Source: an uncultured Candidatus Rokubacteria bacterium
GTDB lineage: Bacteria; Methylomirabilota; Methylomirabilia; Rokubacteriales; CSP1-6
Direction of reading: 5' to 3'
DNA length: 64,000 nt
NCBI GenBank assembly: GCA_963747235.1
Contig: CAVVEU010000008.1
Location: 128,001 to 192,000, forward strand
In this document: one piece after another, positions 41,705-50,114 of the stretch
How positions within the stretch are numbered: position 1 is the stretch's first letter
Layout of the letters: the number at the start of each line of letters is the position of its first letter
The notes under the pieces: model-generated
Told to the model about the DNA's origin: nothing
Database searches by the model: none
Seen by the model: only the letters and a program-made list of their open reading frames with translations
Made by a program: the position numbers and the translations under genes

Positions 41705-43130
41705 TCAGAACGGATGCGACGGGTGGGCGCCCAGGATGAAGGTGGCCTGGAAGAGGATCTCGTCCACCTTCCGGGCGCTCGACTCGTTGTCGGTGAAGCC
41801 GTCGCGCGGTGGCCCGCTCGGTGTGCTTGTAGCCCAGGCGGAAGCGCAGGAACTCCGACGGCAGTAGGAGAGGAACGGCCCCACCGCCCACTCGCGCCCG
41901 CGCATGACCGGGTACTGGGTCCAGTCGTAGCGGAAGCCGGCGCCCAGGCCCTTCTGCCAGCCGGTGCGGAACGGCCGCACCTCGCCGCCCGCGTACCAGC
42001 CCAGCGCGCCTGAGCCGGCGCGTCTCGTCGGGCGTGTCCTGCACCCCGTCGCCGTCGGTGTCCTCGCCGCGCCACGTTCACGCGGCGCTCCTGGTAGATC
42101 AGCTCGCCGAGCAGCGTGAGCAGCGGCTGCTGCCAGCCCTCCGGCGTGTACTTGTACTTCGCGTCCGCGCCGAACAGGGTGTTGCGGCGCCGATCCGGCG
42201 TCTCGCCGCTGGCCACCGAGACGCCGAGCTGGATGGCGCCGAAGTCGCCCAGCTCGAAGAACGTGCGGAGCCGGCCGGTGAGGAGCGGCTCGTTCAGCTT
42301 GCCGCGCCCGAAGGCGTCCTCGTTGTCGCCGTTGAAGACGCCGACGAGCCCCTCCAGGAAGAAGGGCAGGGGCGCCACCCACGTCAGCTCCACGCCGCGC
42401 TCGACGAGACCCTCGTCGCCGAGGAACCAGCGCGAGCACGTTCGGCGTGTCGATGAAGGGCCGGTCGTGCTCGTGGATCTGGTTCAGCAGGCCGAAGCGG
42501 TTGCGCATCTGGCCCATCTTGAGCTGGGTGTTGAAGGGCAGGGTCAGCAGCGTCAGGTTGGCCTCGGCGAGGTGCAGGGCGATCTCCCCCGCGTCCTCCT
42601 CGCCGGCCTCGACGCGCACCTCGGCGCGCGCGTAGGGATCGATCTGGCCGAACAGGGAGAGCTCGATCTCGCGCGGGAAGAAGCGGTTCTCCTGCCCCGC
42701 GAACGTGCCCGCGTTGGCCTTGTCCACGTTGCGCTGGGTGAGGTTGCCGATGAAGTCGCCGGCCACGCCCATGTCGAACAGGAGCTGGCCGGGGCCGCGG
42801 GTGCTGTAGAGCCCGAAGGGCTGGCGGGGCCGCGCCAGGTCGAGCGGGGTCACCGCGATCGCGGGCGCGGCCGGCGCGGGCGCCTGCGCGACGCCCGGGG
42901 CCGGGCGCGGGGGCCGGCGCGGCCACCGCGGGCTGCGGCTTGCTCTCGAGCTGCTGGATCCGCTCGCCCAGCCGGTCGATCGCCTTCTCGTATCCCTCTC
43001 GCATCGTCTCGAACTGCTTGCGCATCTGCTGCAGCTCCTGCCGCAGCGCCTCGACATCTTGCGCGGCCGCGGGAGCGGGCGACATCAGCACGCCTGCGGA
43101 GAGCAGGCCGATTCCCACCAGTGCACGCAT
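41705..43130 (-). CDS. Outer-membrane beta-barrel of the zinc-uptake-associated porin type with N-terminal coiled coil, frameshifted
   Basis: Signal peptide, coiled coil, REIELSLFGQIDPY, FGLLNQIHEH, C-terminal FILGAHPSHPF; first gene of the metal ABC cluster. Confidence 0.75.
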
Positions 43131-43218
43131 GGATCCCTCCGTCTCGAGGAAGATGGATGGCCCGGACGGGACACGACGAAGCGGTCCGGGCGAGCGCTAC
43201 CGAGCGGGCGAGACGGAG
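43131..43218 (-). promoter_or_regulatory. mRNA stem-loop sequestering the porin ribosome-binding site
   Basis: 10-bp perfect inverted repeat 43209-43218 / 43137-43146 overlapping GGAGGG; inner 8-bp stem 43184-43191 / 43160-43167. Confidence 0.75.
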
Positions 43219-43524
43219 CTAGGCGGGTGGAGCGCGGGAGCCGGCGAGACGGAGCGCCGGAGCGACGGGGCGGCCGCGGCGGGGGAGCGCGCCCGCCGCG
43301 GTGATGAGCGCGAGCGAGACGGCCGTCGGCAGGTCGGGCAGCGGGCCGTCGCCGCCCAGGAACTCGAGGCTGGCGAGGACGTGATCCTCGTTGTAGACGC
43401 CGGCGGTCGAGGCCTCGTGGATGTGGCGCGGCTGGCTCGCCTTGAGCGGGACGGTCACCGCGACCAGCGCGAGCAGCAGCGCGGCGGCGGCGAGGCGGAG
43501 CGATCCGAGCGGGCGGAGGCTCAT
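43219..43524 (-). CDS. Upstream leader ORF with signal peptide, His motifs and C-terminal RAPP (DUF2946/CruR-like arrest peptide candidate)
   Basis: Hydrophobic N-terminus, RHIHE..NEDH, Pro/Ala-rich linker, ends GSRAPPA-stop; TATACT box at 43538-43543. Confidence 0.7.
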   Translation of the reverse strand: MSLRPLGSLRLAAAALLLALVAVTVPLKASQPRHIHEASTAGVYNEDHVLASLEFLGGDGPLPDLPTAVSLALITAAGALPRRGRPVAPALRLAGSRAPPA

Positions 43525-43556
43525 CACTGGCGGCCCGAGTATACCGAATTCAGAAC

Positions 43557-44027
43557 TCAGCGGGCGGGGCCGTCTCCGAAGTCGGCGGGCCAGACCTGGT
43601 CGAGCCAGGCCTGCACCGTGTCGAGCCCGGTGGCCGGGGGCTCGCTCGCGGCGTCCGCCTGGCCGGACACGGGCGCGGAGCGGGCGTGGGCCAGCGCGCT
43701 GTCGTGAGCCATGATGGGCTTGCCCGCCCGCACCGCCAGCGCCACCGCGTCGGCCGGATGGCAGGGGAGGATCATCTCGAGTCCGTCGCGCTCGAGCACG
43801 AGGCCGGCCGAGATGCCGCGCTCGTCGCCTTCCAGGTGCGCGCGCCGCACCTCCGCCTGCAGGTGGCCGATGAGCTGCTCGGTCAGCTCGAAGATGGGCG
43901 TGCACGGGCACGGGGTCATCCCCAGGCAGCGGGCCAGGCGATTGGCCTCGTTCATCGGGATGTAGAACGCCAGCCACCGGTCGCGGCCCTCGACCTGGAG
44001 CATGACCATGGCCGGCGGTGTGGACAC
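43557..44027 (-). CDS. DUF151 (bifunctional nuclease-like) domain protein, Cys-rich variant
   Basis: LAFYIPMNEA, PCHPADAVALAVRAGKPI (canonical DxRPSDAIALA); start uncertain. Confidence 0.7.
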   Translation of the reverse strand: MSTPPAMVMLQVEGRDRWLAFYIPMNEANRLARCLGMTPCPCTPIFELTEQLIGHLQAEVRRAHLEGDERGISAGLVLERDGLEMILPCHPADAVALAVRAGKPIMAHDSALAHARSAPVSGQADAASEPPATGLDTVQAWLDQVWPADFGDGPAR

Positions 44028-44037
44028 GTGATCACCC

Positions 44038-44449
44038 CTAATCAGGACTCCGAGTCAAGGGGTACCGACGCTTCAGCCAGCCGTCGTAGCCCGTCCTGGA
44101 GGACCACGTGGTTCGTGTAGCCCTTGGCCTCGAGGAAGCTGTAGGCGGTGGCCGCTTCCTCGATCGGGCAGCGGCAGTAGAGCACCACCATGGGCTGGGT
44201 CGGGATCTCCGCGAAGCGCCGGTCGAGCTCGGCGAGGGGAATCGAGACCGCGCCGGGCAGGTGGCCGCGGCGGAAGTCGGCCGGGCTGCGCAGGTCCACC
44301 ACGACCACCGGCTGGCGCGAGTCGAGCAGCCACTTGAGGTAGTCGGGCTCGGTGAGGGCCACCGTCGGCACGCCGCCGTGGGCCGCGCGTGCGCGGCGCG
44401 CGCCAGCGCCAGCACGACCGCGAGGGCCAGGAGCAGCGCCCCTCGTCAC
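44038..44449 (-). CDS. Exported rhodanese-like protein, frameshifted
   Basis: VVVDLRS..F..GHLPGAVSIP, VVLYCRC, GYDGW; GTGA coupling. Confidence 0.8.
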
Positions 44450-44817
44450 GGCTGCTTCGCGAGGGCGGTGATCTCCACGTTGGGCGGCGTCCCGGTGAGC
44501 GTGAAGACCACCGCGTCGCCGATGTCGAGCCCCTCGTAGAGCTTGGGATCGTGCACGCGGAAGCCCATCGTCATCGAGCCCATGTAGCCGGTGAGATCCT
44601 CGTGCGTGAGCACCACCACGTTGAGCTCGGGCAGCACCGCGCGCACCACGCCGCGCGCCTGCCAGGCGCGGCGGCTGCCCGCGGTGGCCTGCTGCAGGCG
44701 GGTCCGCTCGAGCTCCTGGCCGAGCCGGGCCGCCTCGCGGCCCCAGCCCAGATAGCCGCAGAGCAGGCCCACGCCCAGCGCGAGATTGACCAGCAGGATG
44801 ACGCGCCAGAGTCGCAT
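44446..44817 (-). CDS. Membrane-anchored CusF-like copper-binding protein
   Basis: N-terminal TM; HEDLTGYMGSMTMGF, IGDAVVFTL. Confidence 0.85.
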   Translation of the reverse strand: MRLWRVILLVNLALGVGLLCGYLGWGREAARLGQELERTRLQQATAGSRRAWQARGVVRAVLPELNVVVLTHEDLTGYMGSMTMGFRVHDPKLYEGLDIGDAVVFTLTGTPPNVEITALAKQP

Positions 44818-44823
44818 GGCGCC

Positions 44824-46848
44824 CTAGTGTACGTGCTCGTCGGGAGGAGGACCCGCGGGGGTTTCCTTGTCGAGCAGCAGGATCTGATCCACCAGGGTCG
44901 GGAGGTCGTCCCAGCCCCGGCCCGGCGCGCCCGGCAGCCAGCGCGCGCGCGACGTAGCCTTGGCGGTCGAGCAGGAACTCCACGTGGCGCGGTGGCGCGG
45001 CGCGCGCGGAGAGCTCCCGCGGGCCCAGGCCCCGGCTCAGCAGCGCGTAGGTCGCGGCGATCTCGGCCGCGCCGTCGGTGATGACCGGGAAGAGCAGGGG
45101 CGGCTGGCCGCCGAGCCGCCGGATGATGTGCGCCCCGTCGTCCAGCGGCACCGCGATGACCTCGGTGCCGGTCGCCTGAAGCGTGTTGTAGGCCTCGGCG
45201 AGCTGGATCAGCCGGGGCCGCGAGTCCGGCAGGGTGAAGAACACGAGGTGCACCATCCACCGGTCGCGCAGCTCCTTGAGGCCGCGCGGCGGCGCCGGGC
45301 CCACCGCGATGGTGAAATCGGGCGCGACGAGCCACGGGCGATTCGGCTGGACCATCCGGCGTCATCTGGCGCGCGCGCTCACCCGCGGCCAGCGCGCGGA
45401 TGAAGTTGATCAGGTCCCAGCGCTCTTCCTCGCCGAGCGCCGCGCCGAACGGCGGCATGCCCCCGGCGGGAATGCCGTGGGTGAGCCACCAGAACATGTC
45501 GCCCGCGGTGTGATCGGCGGCGTGCGGCGCGGTCAGGTCGGCGGGTAGCTTCGGCAGGCCCGCGCCGCCGGGGCCGTCGCCGCGGCCGGCCGCGCCGTGG
45601 CAGGTCGCGCAGTGCGCGCGGTAGAGCGCGGCGCCGTTCGCGATGGACACCGCCTGGTACGGTACCGAGGAGCGCCGGTAGGTGGTGGGATAGGCGTCCA
45701 CCGACACGGGCGGCAGCGCGACCCAGAGCCCGGTGACGAGCGCCACGCCGCCCGCGCCGCAGAGGAGCACCCGCCACGGCCGCAGGAGCAGCCCGACGAT
45801 CATCGCGAGCACGCCGACGAAGGCCACCTGCGCGCCGATGAGGACGCGCGCGGGCCCGCCCGGCACCTGGGCCGCCGCCTCCCAGGAGAAGCGCAGCGCG
45901 AAGGGCCAGCCGATCGCGTCGTGCACCGCGGGCGGCGACACGGACAGCGCGGTGGTGACGAGCAGGATCAGCAGCGCGAGGGCCGCTTCGCCGGCCACGA
46001 AGCGCCCGAGCCGCGCCATCGCGGGGCGGCCGACGGTGGCGCCGTCGCCGGACAGGCGTGGCAACAGGCGCCGGTTGCGCCTGGCCAGGACGAGGACCGG
46101 GATCAGCAGCGCGACCTTGGCGAGCAGCAGCCGGCCGTACCGCGTGCCGACCAGCGCGGGGACGCTGCCCACCTGGAACCACGCGTTGGCCGCGCCCGTC
46201 CCGACGACGACCAGCATCAGGGCCAGCGCCACCCGCGAGAAGCCGCGCACCGCGAGCGACCGCGAACGGCCGCGCGTCCGCGCCCGATTCGGCGGACGCG
46301 GCCCGCAGCAGCGCGGCCAGGGGCAGCAGCGCGCCGAACCAGGCCCCGGCCGCGATCAGGTGGAGCGCGTCGAGGAGCGCGGCGGCGAGCCCCTGCGGCT
46401 CGACCGCCGCCGCGTGCCCGGCCCACGCCATGGCGCCCGCGCCCACCGCGGCGAGCAGCCACGCCTCGCCGCGGAAGGCGAGCCGGTCGGCGGAGGACTC
46501 CTCGCGCTCGCGCAGCAGCAGGAGCGCGGCCAGCAGGAGGAGCAGGCCGTGGCGCACCAGCCAGACGGTGCCGAACTGGCTTCGCGTCAGGAGCTGGGCC
46601 CACGCCACCGGATCGAGCGCGGCGCTCGCGCGGCCGGTGACCACCGCGGTCTGGTAGGCGAGCGCGGCGAGGCCGGAGACGAGGAGCAACCCGGCGAGCC
46701 CGCGGGCCCAGCGCAGCATGCGCGCCTCCCAGGCGAGCGCGGTCGGCCGATCGCTGCGCCCGGCCAGGAGCAGCGCGGTGACGAGGCCCACCAGACCGAG
46801 GCCGCAGGCCAGGTGCAGCCAGCGGACCGCGAGGCCGAAGGCGGTCAT
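44824..46848 (-). CDS. CopD-family membrane protein fused to cytochrome c and a redoxin-like domain, frameshifted
   Basis: RWLH, WAGHAAA, DALHLIAAGAWFG, YGRLLLAKV; CATCHG..PADLT..GMPPF; APDFT..FPV..EFLLDRQG; ends DEHVH. Confidence 0.85.
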
Positions 46849-47039
46849 TCTGGTTTTCGGGCCGACGGGGACGGCTTGCGCGTGAGGAGCATCACGATGA
46901 CCACGATGAGGACGCCCGCGGCCAGGGCCAGCGCGCCCGCCAGGAGGCCGACGGTCAGCGGGCTCAGGCCTTCCGCGCGGAGCGGACCGCCGTGGTCGGC
47001 CCACGCCGTGGTCGCCAGCAGGAGGAGGGCGGCTCTCAT
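46845..47039 (-). CDS. Small signal-peptide plus single-TM protein
   Basis: MRAALLLLATTAWA-DHGG, one TM, ATGA overlap with the copD-like gene. Confidence 0.6.
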   Translation of the reverse strand: MRAALLLLATTAWADHGGPLRAEGLSPLTVGLLAGALALAAGVLIVVIVMLLTRKPSPSARKPE

Positions 47040-47046
47040 GGGCGGC

Positions 47047-47060
47047 CTCATTATAATGAG
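47047..47060. promoter_or_regulatory. Perfect palindrome CTCATTATAATGAG in a divergent promoter
   Basis: 14-bp self-complementary AT-rich site carrying TATAAT on both strands. Confidence 0.7.
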
Positions 47061-47079
47061 TGCCGGAGAGCCCGGTCCC

Positions 47080-47796
47080 ATGAACCGCCCCGGATCACCC
47101 GCGCGCCCGCCCGTCCGCGCCGTCATCTTCGACGCCGGCAACACGCTCCTCCGCATGAACTACGCCATCATCGCCGAGCACCTGGGCACGCGCGGGCGCG
47201 CGACCAGCCCGGCGCAGGTGGAGGAGGCGGAGCTGCGGGCCCGGGTGCGGCTCGATCCCCACCTGGCGCCCGGCGCGGCCTCCACCGAGAGCACGGTCAC
47301 GCACGGGCGCTACCTCCGCTACCTGCTCGAGAACCTGGCGATCACCGACGACGGGGAGGTCGACGCGATCGCGCGCTGGCGCCGCGGGTACAACCTGCCG
47401 GTGGGCCTGTGGAACCGCGCCGATCCCGAGGCGCTCGGCGCGATCCGCCGGGTGCGGGAGGCCGGGCTCGTGGCCGGCGTCATCTCGAACTCCAACGGCT
47501 CGGTGCGGGCCATCCTCGAGGAGACCGGCCTGGCCGCGCAGCTCGACTTCATCATCGACTCCTCCGTGGTGGGCGTGGAGAAGCCCGACCCGCGCATCTT
47601 CCACCTGGGGCTGCGCGAGGCCGGGGTCGCCGCGGCGGAGGCGGTCTACGTGGGCGATCTCTACTCGGTGGACGTTCTGGGCGCGCGCGCGGCCGGGCTC
47701 GACGGCATCCTGCTCGACCCGGGCGGCTTCTGGGCGCCGCGCGACTGCCGGCTGGCGCGCGGGCTCGGCGAGGCGGTGCGCCTGGCGTTGGGGTGA
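47080..47796 (+). CDS. HAD-superfamily hydrolase
   Basis: IFDAGNTL, ISNS, EKPDPRIF, YVGDLYSVD. Confidence 0.92.
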   Translation: MNRPGSPARPPVRAVIFDAGNTLLRMNYAIIAEHLGTRGRATSPAQVEEAELRARVRLDPHLAPGAASTESTVTHGRYLRYLLENLAITDDGEVDAIARWRRGYNLPVGLWNRADPEALGAIRRVREAGLVAGVISNSNGSVRAILEETGLAAQLDFIIDSSVVGVEKPDPRIFHLGLREAGVAAAEAVYVGDLYSVDVLGARAAGLDGILLDPGGFWAPRDCRLARGLGEAVRLALG

Positions 47797-47833
47797 CCCC
47801 TCACCCTAACCCTCTCCCCGGAGGGGAGAGGGG
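47797..47833. repeat. BoxC/REP-like palindromic element between convergent genes
   Basis: CCCCTCACCCTAACCCTCTCCCC-GGA-GGGGAGAGGG: pyrimidine tract plus 10-bp stem. Confidence 0.7.
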
Positions 47834-47834
47834 A

Positions 47835-49208
47835 TTAGGCGGGGAGCGTCACGTAGGGGAAGCGGCGGAGGGCGTCGTAGACCATGCGCTGCATGTTCTC
47901 GACCGCCTCGACGGTGGGGCCCTCGAAGCGCAGGGTCAGGTACGGGTTGGTGTTCGACGCGCGCACGAGGCCCCAGCCCTCCGGGAAGAGGATGCGGACC
48001 CCGTCGATGTCGATGGTCTCGAAGCGGCTCCGGAACTCGCGGGTCAGCGCGTCCACCACCGCGAACTTCTTGTCGTCGGGGCAGGGCGCCTTCAGCTCCG
48101 GCGTGGCGTGCAGGTGCGGCAGCGTGTCGAAGTGCGCGGAGGCGGGCTGCGGGCTCGAGGCCACGAGCTGCAGGAAGCGGCAGGAGGCGAGGATGCCGTC
48201 GTCCACGCCGTACCAGTCCTCGCCGAAGAACATGTGGCCGGAGACCTCGCCGCCCAGCAGGATCCCGTCCTCGCGCATCTTGCGCTTGAGGAGCGAGTGG
48301 CCGGTCTTCCACATGATCGGCTCCCCGCCGTGCTTGGTGATGTCGTCCACCAGCACCTGCGAGCACTTGACGTCGAAGACGATCTTGGCCCCCGGGTGGC
48401 GGGTCAGGAGATCCCGGGCCAGGAGGGCCAGGAGCAGGTCCGCCTCGTGACGGCGCCCCCGCTCGTCCACGATGCCGACCCGATCGGCGTCGCCGTCGTA
48501 GGCCACGCCCACGTCCGCGCCCACCTCGAGGGTCCGGGCCACCAGGTCCCGCATGTTCTCCTCCATCTCCGGATCGGGGAGATGGTTGGGGAAGGTGCCG
48601 TCGGACTCGCAGTAGAGCTCCACCACCTCGCAGCCCAGGCGGCGCAGCAGCTCGGGGGCGAAGACGCCCGCGATCCCGTTGCCCGCGTCCACCACGACCT
48701 TGAGGCGGCGTCCCAGCTTCACGCGTGAAGTGATCGCGTCCCAGTACTCATCGCGCGGATCGCGGGTGGCGCGCGTGCCCACCCCCCGCTCGAAATCGCC
48801 CGACTGGATGGTGGCGAGCAGCCCCTGGATCTCGCTCTCGGTCAGCGGGGCCGCCCCCGCGTGCACCATCTTGACCCCGTTGTCCGAGACCGGGTTGTGG
48901 CTGCCGGTGATGGTGGCGCCGCCGTCGAGCTTCCAGTGCGCGGTGGCGAAGTAGAGCAGCGGCGTGTGATTGACGCCGATGTCCACCACGTCGAGCCCGG
49001 TGGAGAGCACCCCCGTCGCGAACGCCTCCTTGAGGGCCCGCGACGAGGTGCGGTTGTCCATCCCGAGCGCGACCGCGTGCCCGCCCCCGCGCTTCACGAG
49101 GGTGCCGTACGCCCGGCCCACCAGCTCGAACACGGGCGGGGTGATGTCGATCCCCACCTTGCCGCGCACGTCGTAGGCGCGGAAGACGTACGGGTTCAGC
49201 TCGGCCAT
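47835..49208 (-). CDS. Phosphomannomutase/phosphoglucomutase
   Basis: FRAYDVRG, ITGSHNP, YDGDADR, GEVSGH, RASNT. Confidence 0.95.
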   Translation of the reverse strand: MAELNPYVFRAYDVRGKVGIDITPPVFELVGRAYGTLVKRGGGHAVALGMDNRTSSRALKEAFATGVLSTGLDVVDIGVNHTPLLYFATAHWKLDGGATITGSHNPVSDNGVKMVHAGAAPLTESEIQGLLATIQSGDFERGVGTRATRDPRDEYWDAITSRVKLGRRLKVVVDAGNGIAGVFAPELLRRLGCEVVELYCESDGTFPNHLPDPEMEENMRDLVARTLEVGADVGVAYDGDADRVGIVDERGRRHEADLLLALLARDLLTRHPGAKIVFDVKCSQVLVDDITKHGGEPIMWKTGHSLLKRKMREDGILLGGEVSGHMFFGEDWYGVDDGILASCRFLQLVASSPQPASAHFDTLPHLHATPELKAPCPDDKKFAVVDALTREFRSRFETIDIDGVRILFPEGWGLVRASNTNPYLTLRFEGPTVEAVENMQRMVYDALRRFPYVTLPA

Positions 49209-49230
49209 CACCCGGCTACCATGCACGTGG

Positions 49231-49626
49231 CTAGATGACCGCGACCGCTTCGATCTCGATCATCCACTCCGGCATCGCGAGGGCCGCCACCGCCACCAGC
49301 GTGGACGCGGGCGACTTCTTGCCGAGGAACTCCTCGCGGATGGCGGCCAGGTCGGGGCGATTCCGGATGTCGGTGAGATACGTGTTGATCTTGACGATGC
49401 TGTCCATGGTGCCGCCGCCCGCCTCGACCTGCGCCTTGATCGCCTGGAAGGTGGCGCGGGCCTGGGCCTTGAAGTCCCCGGGATGAGCGGGCCCGCCCTT
49501 GTCGGTGTAGGCGACCTGTCCCGAGAGGTAGAGAATGGTCTGGGCCCCGGTGACCTTCACGGCCTGCGAGTAGCCCGGCGGATCCCAGACGCCCTTGGCG
49601 GCGTAGCGCTGAATGGAGGCGGCCAT
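49231..49626 (-). CDS. RidA/YjgF-family protein
   Basis: YSQAV, LSGQV, PASTLV, IEIEAVA. Confidence 0.9.
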   Translation of the reverse strand: MAASIQRYAAKGVWDPPGYSQAVKVTGAQTILYLSGQVAYTDKGGPAHPGDFKAQARATFQAIKAQVEAGGGTMDSIVKINTYLTDIRNRPDLAAIREEFLGKKSPASTLVAVAALAMPEWMIEIEAVAVI

Positions 49627-49727
49627 ACGATCTCCTCTGATGGGTGATGGGTGATGGAGTCAGGATGCTTGGGCTAATATAGCGCGAACGATCGACAACG
49701 AGGCCTACGGAGTTTCAGGAGACCCCC

Positions 49728-50114
49728 ATGGACGACGCCCTCAAGGAGAAGACGCGCAAGACCGCCCACATGCTGTTCCACTCCATCAAGAGCGGAGTGG
49801 GATTCGACACGTGGAAGAAGTTCGACAAGGAGCTCGCGCGCGAGCTGAGCATGTTCTTCACCGGCACGCTCTACAGCCGCGAGGTCATCTCCCAGAAGCA
49901 GCGCGAGCTGTGCGCGGTGGCCTCGCTCACCGTGCTCAATCGCCGCAACGAGGTGCGCGCCCACATCCACGCCGCGCTCAACGTGGGGGCGACGCGGCAG
50001 GAAGTGGGCGAGGTGATCTTCCAGCAGGTCACCTACGGCGGCATGCCGGTGGTGGTGGAGGCCCTCGAGGTGTTCAAGGAGGTCCTGCAGGAGCGGGGCG
50101 AGTGGACGGAGTGA
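49728..50114 (+). CDS. Carboxymuconolactone decarboxylase family protein
   Basis: RELCAVASL, HIHAALNVGAT..E, YGGMP. Confidence 0.88.
   Translation: MDDALKEKTRKTAHMLFHSIKSGVGFDTWKKFDKELARELSMFFTGTLYSREVISQKQRELCAVASLTVLNRRNEVRAHIHAALNVGATRQEVGEVIFQQVTYGGMPVVVEALEVFKEVLQERGEWTE

Noticed and set aside
49638-49658. TGATGGG repeated about three times in a divergent intergenic region
   Set aside because: Too short to support a repeat array or CRISPR; could be a regulator site but there is no supporting evidence
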